Positions 38,676 to 49,000 of a stretch of DNA of 64,000 nucleotides are shown one piece after another. Location: NCBI GenBank assembly GCA_965223845.1, contig CBDCXR010000004.1, forward strand, positions 6,944,001 through 7,008,000. Reading direction: 5' to 3'. The DNA comes from Planctomycetota bacterium (GTDB taxonomy: Bacteria > Planctomycetota > UBA8108 > SXIK01). Each line of letters opens with the position of its first letter. Positions within the stretch are counted from its first letter, which is position 1. A program made the translations under genes and the position numbers. The notes under the pieces were generated by a model. The model was not told where the DNA came from and did not search any database. It saw only the letters and a program-made list of their open reading frames with translations.

Positions 38676-40550
38676 ATGACCCTAAACACGAAAGAGATCG
38701 TCGCCACCGACGAACAGAAGGCCCAGTATCTCGACCGAGACAGTGTCGTCGTTCGCTTCGCCGGGGACTCGGGCGACGGGATGCAGATCACGGGATCTCT
38801 GTTTACTCACAACTCGGCGCTCGTCGGTTACGACATCAGCACGTTCCCCGACTTTCCCGCGGAGATCCGTGCGCCGGCGGGGACTCTGCCCGGGGTGAGT
38901 GGCTTCCAATTGAATTTCAGCTCGCTCGACATCCGCACACCGGGCGACGCGCCGGACGCACTCATCGCGCTCAATCCGGCGGCGCTCAAGGCGAACCTCG
39001 AAGATCTCGTACCGGGGGGGCTGATCATCCTCAACGAGGACACCTTCCGGACGAACAACCTGAAGAAGGCGGGTTACACCGTCGACCCGCGCGAGGACAA
39101 CAGCCTCGATGGCTACCGCGTCGTCTCCGTCCCGATCACCAAGCTGACGTCGGAGGCGGTCGAGCCCGCAGGACTCAGCCACAAGGACGGGCAGCGCTCG
39201 AAGAACATGTTCTCCCTCGGGCTCGTCCACTGGGTCTACGACCGCCCTCTCGAGCCGACGCTGAGACTTCTCGAGGCGAAGTTCGCCAAGAAGCCGCAGG
39301 TGTTCGAGGCGAACCGACTCGCGCTCCAAGCCGGGTACAACTACGCCGAGACGATGGAGATCGTCGCGCACCAGACTCGCGTTGCGAAGGCGACCCTCCC
39401 CAAGGGCAAGTACCGGATGATCACCGGTAACGAGGCGACCGCGATGGGATTCATCGCCGCTTCACAGCTCGCGAGTCGGACTCTCTTCTACGGCAGCTAC
39501 CCGATCACGCCGGCGAGCGACGTCCTTCACTATCTGTCGCGGTACAAGGATTTCGGCGTCCGGACCTTTCAGGCCGAAGACGAGATCGCCGCGATCGGCG
39601 CTGCGATCGGGGCGTCGTTCGGCGGGGCGATCGGCCTCACGGGGACGAGCGGCCCAGGGCTCGCGCTCAAGTCCGAGGCGCTCGGCCTCGCGGTCATGAC
39701 CGAGCTTCCCCTGATCGTCATCAACGTGCAGCGGGGTGGGCCGTCGACCGGGCTTCCGACGAAGACCGAGCAGGCGGATCTTCTTCAAGCGATGTTCGGG
39801 CGGAACGGTGAGTGTCCCGTGGCGATCGTCGCACCGGCGACTCCCGGAGACTGCTTTCACTGCGCGATCGAGGCCGTACGCATCGCCGTGCGGCACATGG
39901 TTCCGGTGATCTATCTCTCCGACGGGTACCTCGCCAACGGCGCCGAGCCCTGGATCATTCCGAAGGTCGACGAGCTCCCGGCGATCGAGGTCGAGTTCGC
40001 GACGGAGTCCGACGCGGCCGACTTCGAGCCCTACCGCCGGAATCCGCAGACGCTATCACGTCCGTGGGCTCTTCCGGGGACGCCGGGCCTCGAGCACCGG
40101 ATCGGCGGTCTCGAGAAGCAGGACGTCACGGGCGACGTGAGCTACGATCCCGAGAATCACGAGCACATGGTTCGGATCCGGGCGGAGAAAATCGAGCGTG
40201 TCGCCGACGGCATCGCGGACGCTGAGGTGTTCGGCAACCCGGAGGGCGGTCGACTTCTCGTCGTCGGCTGGGGCGGCACGTACGGCGCGATCACGACGGC
40301 CGTCGAGCGTGCGCGGAAACGTGGCGGGAAGGTCTCTTCCGTCCACCTCCGCCATCTCAATCCCATGCCGCCGAATCTCGAGGAGCTCCTCGGTCGATTC
40401 GATCGCGTGCTCGTGCCCGAGCTCAACATGGGGCAGCTCCTCCTCCTTCTCCGGGGGCGGTTCTCGCGAGAATTCATTCCTCTCAATAAGGTCCAAGGCC
40501 AGCCGTTCAAGGTCGAGGAAATCGAAGACAAGATCGAGGAGCTACTGTAA
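38676..40550 (+). CDS. korA: 2-oxoacid:ferredoxin oxidoreductase alpha subunit (gamma-alpha fusion)
   Basis: RFAGDSGDGMQ, YPITPAS, QAEDE, QRGGPSTGLPTKTEQADL, HRIGGLEK, ELNMGQL. Confidence 0.95.
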   Translation: MTLNTKEIVATDEQKAQYLDRDSVVVRFAGDSGDGMQITGSLFTHNSALVGYDISTFPDFPAEIRAPAGTLPGVSGFQLNFSSLDIRTPGDAPDALIALNPAALKANLEDLVPGGLIILNEDTFRTNNLKKAGYTVDPREDNSLDGYRVVSVPITKLTSEAVEPAGLSHKDGQRSKNMFSLGLVHWVYDRPLEPTLRLLEAKFAKKPQVFEANRLALQAGYNYAETMEIVAHQTRVAKATLPKGKYRMITGNEATAMGFIAASQLASRTLFYGSYPITPASDVLHYLSRYKDFGVRTFQAEDEIAAIGAAIGASFGGAIGLTGTSGPGLALKSEALGLAVMTELPLIVINVQRGGPSTGLPTKTEQADLLQAMFGRNGECPVAIVAPATPGDCFHCAIEAVRIAVRHMVPVIYLSDGYLANGAEPWIIPKVDELPAIEVEFATESDAADFEPYRRNPQTLSRPWALPGTPGLEHRIGGLEKQDVTGDVSYDPENHEHMVRIRAEKIERVADGIADAEVFGNPEGGRLLVVGWGGTYGAITTAVERARKRGGKVSSVHLRHLNPMPPNLEELLGRFDRVLVPELNMGQLLLLLRGRFSREFIPLNKVQGQPFKVEEIEDKIEELL

Positions 40551-40556
40551 GCGGCC

Positions 40557-41606
40557 ATGAGTGACACCGGCATCGTCGAACCCGCTCCCAGCTACACCAA
40601 GGCCGACTTCACCAGCGACCAGGTCGTGCGGTGGTGTCCCGGTTGCGGCGACTACTCGATCCTCGCGCAGATGCAGAAGGTGCTTCCCGACATCTGTGAG
40701 GAGCAAGGGCTCCGTCGAGAGGACGTCGTGTTCGTGTCCGGCATCGGTTGCTCGAGTCGGTTCCCGTACTACATGAACACGTACGGGTTCCACAGCATTC
40801 ACGGACGCGCGCCGACTTTCGCGACGGGGCTCAAGATCGCGAACCCGAAGCTGCAGATTTGGGTGGTGACGGGAGACGGCGACGGACTCTCGATCGGCGG
40901 CAACCATTTGATGCACGCGCTGCGCCGGAACGTCGATCTGAAGATCCTCCTCTTCAACAACCGGATCTACGGCCTCACCAAGGGGCAGTACTCGCCGACG
41001 AGCGAGTTCGGGAAGCGCACGAAGTCGAGCCCGTTCGGCACCGTCGAGGCGCCGATCAACCCGCTCTGTCTCGCGATCGCGTCGGAGGCGACGTTCGTCG
41101 CCCGCACGATCGACGCCGATCCGAAGCACATGCAGCAGGTGCTCCAGCGGGCGGCCGCGCATCGCGGCTCGGCGTTCGTCGAGATCTATCAGAACTGCAA
41201 TATCTTCAACGACGGGGCGTTCGAAGACTTCGCCGCGCGCCCGGTGCGCGAGGACCAGACGATTTCGCTCGAGCACGGTCAGCCGATGGTGTTCGGCAAG
41301 GAAACGACGAAGGGCCTCCGCTTCACCGGCGGTGTGACGCCGGAGGTCGTCGAGGTCGGCGAACAGCCGCCCAGCGACAGCGGAGTCATCGTTCACGACG
41401 AACAATCGAGGGACTCGACGCTCGCGTACCTGCTCTCGCAGCTCGAACATCCGGAATTTCCCGTGCCGCTCGGAGTGTTTCGTGCGATCGAGAAGCCGAC
41501 GTACGAGGTCATGCTCGATGAGCAGGTGGTCACGGCGACGAGCCGAGAGGGCGCCGGGAACCTCGACGCCCTGCTGAATTCCGGGGATACGTGGGTCGTC
41601 GACTGA
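40557..41606 (+). CDS. korB: 2-oxoacid:ferredoxin oxidoreductase beta subunit
   Basis: WCPGCGD, SGIGCSSR, HSIHGRA, TGDGD TPP motif, YGLTKGQYSPT. Confidence 0.95.
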   Translation: MSDTGIVEPAPSYTKADFTSDQVVRWCPGCGDYSILAQMQKVLPDICEEQGLRREDVVFVSGIGCSSRFPYYMNTYGFHSIHGRAPTFATGLKIANPKLQIWVVTGDGDGLSIGGNHLMHALRRNVDLKILLFNNRIYGLTKGQYSPTSEFGKRTKSSPFGTVEAPINPLCLAIASEATFVARTIDADPKHMQQVLQRAAAHRGSAFVEIYQNCNIFNDGAFEDFAARPVREDQTISLEHGQPMVFGKETTKGLRFTGGVTPEVVEVGEQPPSDSGVIVHDEQSRDSTLAYLLSQLEHPEFPVPLGVFRAIEKPTYEVMLDEQVVTATSREGAGNLDALLNSGDTWVVD

Positions 41607-41743
41607 GAGGCGATCTCGGAGCATCGGGGGTGGCTCGAGGATGAGATTCTCGCTCCTCGAGTGACCCTCGCCGACGGAATGAACGATCCCCGCCGTCCCG
41701 GTGGGATGCGACGCGGATCGATGAAACATCTTGGGGGGACGCG

Positions 41744-42259
41744 ATGCGGTGCCCGAGCTGCGATGCCGAGTATCTTCTCGGCCAGGACACGTGCGACTCG
41801 TGCGGCGTCGATCTTACGGAGGTCGACGTCCCCGGGCCGAAGCGCGGCCGACTGCATCGATTGATCCTCAAGGATCCGATCTCGCAGCTCAACGCTCCGA
41901 GTCCGATCGTGCTCGGAAAGTCCGCCACCGTCGCCGACGCCGTACAGCAGATGCGAGAGAAGCGTTACGGCAGCGTGCTGGTCGTCGACGATGCGGGAAA
42001 GCTGAGCGGCATCGTCACGGAGCGTGACATTTTGATGCGGACAGCTATCGGCGAGACCGCGTTCGATGAAGTTTCGGTCGCCGACGTCATGACGCCGGAT
42101 CCGGGCTCACTCGATGAGGACGCTCCGATCGCGTTCGCCCTCAATCTCATGAGCGAGGGCGGATACCGCCACGTCGCCATCGTTCGCGACGAGCAGCCGA
42201 TCGGGTTTTGCTCGGTTCGCGGAATCCTTCGGTACATTGCGGAGAACGCCCTCGAGTGA
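41744..42259 (+). CDS. Zinc-ribbon + CBS domain pair protein
   Basis: CPSC...CDSC N-terminus; GIVTERD, VMTPDP, MSEGGYRH. Confidence 0.9.
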   Translation: MRCPSCDAEYLLGQDTCDSCGVDLTEVDVPGPKRGRLHRLILKDPISQLNAPSPIVLGKSATVADAVQQMREKRYGSVLVVDDAGKLSGIVTERDILMRTAIGETAFDEVSVADVMTPDPGSLDEDAPIAFALNLMSEGGYRHVAIVRDEQPIGFCSVRGILRYIAENALE

Positions 42260-43749
42260 GCGAGCGGCACGACGAAGGGGCGGACGGGGATCGCCGCCGA
42301 GACGGCGAGCCCAACCCGGACGAATCTCGACGCGGTGCGAATCGGCGGCGGAAGCGGCGGCGGGGCGGAGCGCGCCGGGGATCGGGCGACGGGAGCAGCG
42401 GGGCCGGCGACCTCGATCGTCCGCGGTCGCGGCGCGGGCGGCGCGCCGGCTCGGACCGCGAGCGTTCGAAGCGGAGTGCCGATCGAGCGCGCGGAGATGC
42501 GAACAAGCTACCCCGACAGTCCTATCTGGGTTTCGCCGTCCTGTTCGTTCTCCTCGCTGGATTGGCGACGGCGGCGGTGTTCGTTTTCCTGCCGTTCGTG
42601 TCCTCTCTCATCGCGGCGGTGCTGATCACCACCGTCGGCTGGCCGCTCTTTGAGTTCGTGCGCGGATGGATCGGCTCGGACCGTCGCGGGCTCGCGAGCG
42701 GGCTCACGTGCCTCGTCCTTCTCCTCTCCGTGATCTTGCCCGCCTGGGTGTTGTCGTCGGCCCTCGGACGAGAGGTTCGAAAGTGGCTCGCGGCCGCGCC
42801 GGAGGTGGTCGCGGAGCTCGAGTCGGCGCCGGCCGTCCGCGAATACCTGATCGTCGAGGGCGAGCGCGATCCCGTTTGGGACGAGACGCTCGCGAGTGTC
42901 GAGAGATTCTTTGGGATGGCGCCCTATCGATTGCGCCCTCCACTCGGCGCGGGGCCGATCGAACCCGTTCCGCAGGATTCCGCCGTCGATCCGCCTCCGA
43001 GGTCATCGCTCCCGTCGGCGGAGAGTCGGTCCGACCCAGGGTTTCGCATTCCGCAGGGAGGGCTCGAGCGATTGGCGCTCTGGATGACGTCGTCCCTCGC
43101 GACGCTGCTCGTCGGCGCCTTCGGAGTGCTGATCAAGATCGCGCTGACCGTTTTCATCGCCTTCTTCTTCTTCAAGGACGGCCCGCTCATCCTCGCCTCG
43201 ATCGAAAGTCTCATTCCGATCGAGATCGAGGATCAGGTACGCGTCATCGAAAAATTCAAGGATGTCTCGACCAGTATGGTGCGCGGCGTCGTGCTCACCG
43301 CGGCGGCGCAGGGAGTCGTCGCCGGCATCGCGTTTCTGTTTCTCGGGCTGCAGCCGATCCTCTGGGGCTCGCTCGTCGCGATTTCGGCGCTGATCCCCGT
43401 CCTCGGGACGACGATGGTCACCGTCCCGCTCACCGTCTATTTCTTCGTGACGGGGAAGACCGTTCACGGGATTGCAGCGATCGTCGTTCTCGCGGTGATT
43501 TCGAGCCTCGACAACGTTTTGCGTCCGCTCCTCGTCAAGAAGGGACTCCAGCTCCACCCGGTCTGGGTCCTCCTCTCGATTCTCGGGGGCGTGAGTTGCT
43601 TCGGCGCGCTCGGGCTCTTCCTCGGGCCGATGGTCGTCGTTCTCTTCCGAACGGTGCTCCTTCTCGTCGAAGAGCGCCAGGAGCCGCTCGGAAGTCGCTC
43701 GCGTCGGGCGCGCGCCGTCGCCGCGCGGGCGGCGGCCGAGGAATCCTAG
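42256..43749 (+). CDS. AI-2E family transporter
   Basis: FFFFKDG, AQG, IPVLGT, DNVLRP, LHP....SILGG...FG..GLFLGP; GTG start overlaps the upstream stop (GTGA). Confidence 0.9.
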   Translation: MSERHDEGADGDRRRDGEPNPDESRRGANRRRKRRRGGARRGSGDGSSGAGDLDRPRSRRGRRAGSDRERSKRSADRARGDANKLPRQSYLGFAVLFVLLAGLATAAVFVFLPFVSSLIAAVLITTVGWPLFEFVRGWIGSDRRGLASGLTCLVLLLSVILPAWVLSSALGREVRKWLAAAPEVVAELESAPAVREYLIVEGERDPVWDETLASVERFFGMAPYRLRPPLGAGPIEPVPQDSAVDPPPRSSLPSAESRSDPGFRIPQGGLERLALWMTSSLATLLVGAFGVLIKIALTVFIAFFFFKDGPLILASIESLIPIEIEDQVRVIEKFKDVSTSMVRGVVLTAAAQGVVAGIAFLFLGLQPILWGSLVAISALIPVLGTTMVTVPLTVYFFVTGKTVHGIAAIVVLAVISSLDNVLRPLLVKKGLQLHPVWVLLSILGGVSCFGALGLFLGPMVVVLFRTVLLLVEERQEPLGSRSRRARAVAARAAAEES

Positions 43750-43783
43750 ACAGGACGACGAAGACTTCGCTTCCCGCTCGACC

Positions 43784-44083
43784 TCATTCTCCGCGTGCGC
43801 GAAATTCGTCGCAGCGAGTCGCGTTCGGACGCTCGGGGTTGCCGCAAGTGTTCGGGTGGTTGTATTTGCACCGGTCGCAGAGGAAGCTCCCGCCGCCGAG
43901 GAACGACGCACCCCCCGTGCCCGTCCCGCCGCCCGGACGCGCGCGCAGGTAGCCGAGGGCGACCGCGACGACTCCGACGATCGCCCACGACGCGGGATGG
44001 CGGAGCGGACGGAGATACCAACCGGCGATCGCCGCGATGCACAGGACGGCCACGACGGTCTGAATGAACTTGCTCGTCGACAT
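43784..44083 (-). CDS. Small membrane protein with C-terminal Cys4 motif
   Basis: Two TM segments, Gly linker, FLCDRCKYNHPNTCGNPERPNATRCDEF; GGAGG upstream. Confidence 0.65.
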   Translation of the reverse strand: MSTSKFIQTVVAVLCIAAIAGWYLRPLRHPASWAIVGVVAVALGYLRARPGGGTGTGGASFLGGGSFLCDRCKYNHPNTCGNPERPNATRCDEFRARGE

Positions 44084-44129
44084 CGAGACACGTCCTCCGC
44101 GGGAAGTACCGGTCACCTCGCACTTCCGA

Positions 44130-45620
44130 TCAAGTGAGAGGAAGCAGGATCGCACCGGCGAGAACGACGACCATTCCCGTGATTCCCATGATGGTGAGAA
44201 GCGGCGTGAGCGTTTTCAATCCCGTTCGTTCCGACATCCCGCTCATCCGACATACGACCCAAAACCCACTGTCGTTCATCCACTGAAGCGGCTTCGAGCC
44301 GCATCCGATCGCAAGCGCGACGTACACGGGATGGAATCCGAGCGTCTCCGGTTGGACTGCGGACGCCACGATCCCGACCGAAGTGAACATCGCGACGGTT
44401 GCCGATCCCTGCGCGGCGCGCATCGCCGCAGTGACGCCGAACGCGAGAAAGAGAATGGCGAGACCGGGATCGGGCGCCGCTTCGGCGAGCGCTCGGCCGA
44501 TCCCGGTCTGCTGGAGCATCTGACCGAACGCTCCACCGGCCGCGGTGATGAAGACGATCGATCCCGCGCTGTTGAGTGCATCCTGGACCGAGTGTCCGGT
44601 TGCGCCGCGGTGATCGCTTCGGGTCGCGGTCCTCCGACCCGGAGTGCCGACATCCGCGCTCTCATCGCCGCTCGCCGCCGCCACGTTCCGGCGCGGACCG
44701 TAGCGGACGAGGGTTGCGAGCGCGATCGCAGCGGCGATGCCGAGTGCGAGGTTCTTGTCGCCGAGGGCGATGACGAAACCGGCCCCGTTCGACTCCCAGT
44801 TTCCCGCTTCCGCCGCGGTTCGAAGCGCGATCAAGACGACGGGGAGCGCGATCGGAAGGAGAGAAAGCCAGAGCGGTGGGCAGACGGTTTCTGCCGCCGC
44901 CGTCGTTTCCCCCATCGACTCGCCTTCGGGCCGAGCTTCGTCGGCCCAGCGACGACCGGCCCACCGTGCGTACACGAAGCCGGCCGCGCTCGCCGCCGCC
45001 CCGACGATCACGCCGCCGAGAATCATCGGTCCGAGCCCGACGCCGAGCACACCCGCGACAAAGAGAGGTCCGGGCGTCGGCGGCACGAGAGAGTGGGCCA
45101 TCGACGCACCCGCCGTGATGCAGAGCGCGAAGACGAGAAACCCGCCGCCCATTTGGAGCGCGGTCGCGCGCGCGAGCGGCACCATCAAGTAGAACACGGT
45201 GTCGAAGAAGACGGGGATGCCCAGCGTAAACCCGCTCGCAAGGAAGGCACCGCTCGCGTTTCGCTCGCCGAAGGCACGGAGTCCGGCCGTTACGATTCGT
45301 TCGGCCGCGCCGCTCTTGAGGAGACACTGGCCGACGATCGCCGCGAGCGCGATGAGAACTCCGATCTTCGCGCAGGTGTCGCCGAAGGCGCGTGTCACGC
45401 GCGTCATCACCGGAGTGTCGGCGAGCTCGAGACTGAGTGCGCGGGCGGCCGCGTCGTCGAGGTTCTTCGTGCGCGCGTAGTCTTCGAGGTGCGCGGGCGT
45501 CGTCAGTGCGCCGACTGTGACGGCGGCGACGAGCAAGCCGAGAAACGCGGGGAGACGGGCGGCGAGCACGCTCGCGAGAACCACCGCGACGCCGAGAAGG
45601 ACGAGGACGATCGAGCTCAT
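44130..45620 (-). CDS. GntP family permease
   Basis: SGAAERI, IPVFFDT, HSLVPPTPGP, AAGGAFG, AQGSATVAM, WMNDSGFW. Confidence 0.93.
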   Translation of the reverse strand: MSSIVLVLLGVAVVLASVLAARLPAFLGLLVAAVTVGALTTPAHLEDYARTKNLDDAAARALSLELADTPVMTRVTRAFGDTCAKIGVLIALAAIVGQCLLKSGAAERIVTAGLRAFGERNASGAFLASGFTLGIPVFFDTVFYLMVPLARATALQMGGGFLVFALCITAGASMAHSLVPPTPGPLFVAGVLGVGLGPMILGGVIVGAAASAAGFVYARWAGRRWADEARPEGESMGETTAAAETVCPPLWLSLLPIALPVVLIALRTAAEAGNWESNGAGFVIALGDKNLALGIAAAIALATLVRYGPRRNVAAASGDESADVGTPGRRTATRSDHRGATGHSVQDALNSAGSIVFITAAGGAFGQMLQQTGIGRALAEAAPDPGLAILFLAFGVTAAMRAAQGSATVAMFTSVGIVASAVQPETLGFHPVYVALAIGCGSKPLQWMNDSGFWVVCRMSGMSERTGLKTLTPLLTIMGITGMVVVLAGAILLPLT

Positions 45621-46074
45621 GACGGACGATCCTAACCCGGAATTTTCACCAGATTCTACTCTGCCGCCGCGAGACGCGAGCTGCGCACGGGACCGTGTCG
45701 CGACCCCGGTTCTCACTGCGCGGAGAGCACACCTCGGGTAGGTGCGGTACCGTCTCCTCGTCGAACCACGTGACGGAATCGGCGATCGACCTGGACGCGG
45801 CCGGAGCGCGGCCCTCTCGTCCGGCGACTTCGTCGCGATCCTCGCCGCGTCCTTCAGAGCCGCTCGCGGTTCGCTCGGCCATGCGGACCGACAGGCCTCG
45901 ATTCCGAACTTCGATCCGATTCTCCCGCACGCGGCGCTCGCCGGCGCGGGACAGAAGTCCGAGCCCCAGGTCGATGGAAGGCACGATGGAGTCTCTGTCG
46001 TTGTAGAATCGGTCGAAACGGCCTCGTGCGTCGGGACGAACGGTCGAGAGAGCTCGCGGAGAGAGTCAGATCTA

Positions 46075-49000
46075 ATGAGTCGACAGAAGAATCGTGGCCG
46101 GACGTGCGTGCGGTGGATGGCCGTTTTCGGCGGACTCGTTTGGTCCGGGAGCGGCGCGGTGAGCTTTCTTGCGGCTCAGGAGGAGGCTCCGTCGATTCCC
46201 GAGTCCCCAGCGCCCGCGGTGATTTCGCCGGCCGCCGCGAGCGAGAGCGAAACCGCCGCGCCGGTCGCTGCGCCGCGGCCCGAGCAGCTGGGGTATACCG
46301 ATCTCGTCGCCGACGTCGCTTCGGACCAGGCGATTGCGGCGGCGCTTTCGCGTCTCGAGTCCTCGACGGGCGAGGGCGAACGTGAAGCGGCCATTCGGGC
46401 GCTCGCCGAGGCGCTGAAACGCGTGGAGACGGCGCCCGCGGGGGCGGAAGTCGCCGGAGAGGAAGGCGAGGGCGAACCGTCGCACGACGAGCTGCGAGCG
46501 GCAGTGGTGAGCGCCGATGCCGTCCTCTTCCGCGGACTCCCGCAGCGAATCGCTCCGGCCCTCTCCAAGTTCGAGGAGCGCGACCGCGCCGCGTGGAGCT
46601 CGGCGCTCGAGGCGAACGGTATTCGCGCGGCTGCCTACGCGCCGTCACCGCGCGCCGCAGGATCTCTCCCATCGAGCGAGGGGGAGCTCTTCGCCGTTCA
46701 CGGAGGCTACGCGCACGCCGCCATAGCGACGGACCCCGGCGCTCTCGGCGGATACACCAAATGGATCCACACCTTCGAGAAGCAGCGCGAGCTCACGTCG
46801 TCTCAAGAGGCGAACCGCGGCTTCTACCGGTTTCTCCAGCCGCAGATCGTGACGCGCGGTGAGCTGGTCTTCGTCCGAGCTCACCAGGACGTCTTCGCGC
46901 TCGAGCGCGAAACGGGGACCGTTCGCTGGCACGTTCCGAGCGACCGTCCGGAAAACCGGCAGAGCCATCATTCGTCCGCCGGCTTCAAGTCGTTCCGCTA
47001 CTTCACCGACATCGGCGGCTGGGCGCTCACGCTCCTTCCGGGCGAGCCCGATCAACTGATCGTGCTCGACTCGTCGGGAAGACCGAGCCGGAGCGGCGGC
47101 AGCTTTCACTACAAGCACCAGAGCCGTCTCCGTTCGTACGAGGCGGAGAGTGGACAGTTGCTCTGGGAGCTCGGCGACGGAACCGGGGACGACGCGCTCA
47201 CAGGGTTCACGTTCGCCGCGCCGCCGACTCCGGTTCTCGCGGCGGGCGATGGCGCGGATGCGCGGCTCGTGCTGGTCGCCCCGGTCGTCACGCCGCGCGG
47301 TTACTTCGTCGCCGGGCTCTCCCCCGAGGGGAAGCGGCTGTGGCTGAAGAAGCTCTACGGTTACAGCGAAGAAAAAAGCGCCGCCGATGCGATCTACAAC
47401 TCGGGGATCGCGCATGGTGCGAGCCTCGCAGCGTCCGGCGATACCTTCGTCGGCGCACCCGGCCACGGCGTCGTGTTCGCGATGCGCGCGTCGGGCGAGC
47501 TTCTCTGGATGCGGCGGTACTCTTCGAGCGTCCGGCGGCGCAACGAGGATCCGCGTTGGGCGCCCGGGCACCCGATCATCGTCCGCGATACGGCGATCGT
47601 CGCCCCGTTCGACTCGGAGGTTCTTCTCGCGATCGATGTCGAGACGGGTGAACTCCGCTGGGAGGAGGCGAACGCGAGCTATTCGCTGCTTCTCGGCGCC
47701 GGTGGAGATCTTTGCTACACACTCGACCTTACTGGCCAAGTCCTCGCTCGATCGCTCGCGAGCGGCCAGATCGCGTGGACGTCGAGCGCTCTCGGCGCGC
47801 CCGCCGGTCGGGGATGGGTGACGTCCGATCGTCTTTACGTGTCGCTCGAGAGTGAGCTCGTGGTGCTCGACGCGGCGACCGGCGGCGTTCTCGACCGCGG
47901 CAGAATCTGGGACGCGTCGATTCCGAAACCGATCCCCGGCAACGTGTTCGCTTCGCGCGGCGAGCTCTACTGCGCGGCGCCGTGGGGGATCGCCCGTCTC
48001 GAAGCGTTCGCCGACACGCTCGCCCGGATCAATGCGTTTCCGCGGGCGCAGCGTCCCGTCGTCCGGGGGCGCCTCCTCCGGCGGAGCGGCGACTACGAGG
48101 GCGCGATCGCGGCGCTTCGGCGCGCGTTCGATGTAGCGAGGGAAGACCAAGCGAAGAGGGAACTTCGCACGGAGCTTCTCGACCTCGCGCGTGAAGCGGT
48201 TGCGACCACGAAGAATGCGGCGATCGCGCGCGGGATCCTCGCCGATCCTCGACTGGCGCTCCGGCCGCGAGAGCGCAGCGCGTTTCTTCTGCGTATGGCC
48301 GCGAGCCTCGCGTCTTCGTCTCCGTCGGCCGTCGCTCCGCTCTTTCGGCGGATCATCGCCGATGCCGAACACGGGACTCTCGTCGACTCGCCGAGCGGAG
48401 TGCTCGTCGACGCGGAGATCTACGCCTCGACGGGGCTTCGGGATCTCCTCCAAAGCGGTAAGATTCCACCGGATCCCGACGAGGAAGAGCAGACGAGGCG
48501 CCGCGTCGCAGCGAGCGTCGACGCCGGCGATGAGAAGCGTCTCGCGGACGTCGTCCTCCGGCGCGCACATGTGATCGCGAGCAGCAGTGCGCATGTCGCG
48601 CTCGCCGTTCGAGCCGCGGAACGCGGTGAATGGCGGACCGCCATCGAGCTACTCGACCGTCTCGCCGCCGACGTTCCCGCGCTCGGCGAGTCGTCCGCGA
48701 TCGCCGATAGGATCGCGCTTTGGCGAAACAAGGTTCCCGAGGAGATCGGACGCCTGTCGACCGACGCGTCGTTCGATGTCCCCTGGCATCGCCACTTCGA
48801 CGAGAGCCGTCGTCCCGGGGTTCTGGTTCACGGAGTCGGGGCGCAATCTGCCGTCTTCGTTCTCGCCGGTGGCCGCATCCGCTCGTACCGCGAGGACGGC
48901 GCCACCGCGGCCGATTCTCAGCTCGCCGGCTGGCCGGATCTGAGTCAGGTTCGCCCCAAGCTGAAATCGCGCGTTCTCGAACCCGCGTTCGTGCGGGAGT

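Noticed and set aside
45742-46074. N-terminal ORF extensions (also 10907, 20473, 28163, 32799, 37114, 53674, 56490)
   Set aside because: Homology and signal peptides begin at downstream starts; the extensions overlap neighbours or intergenic DNA
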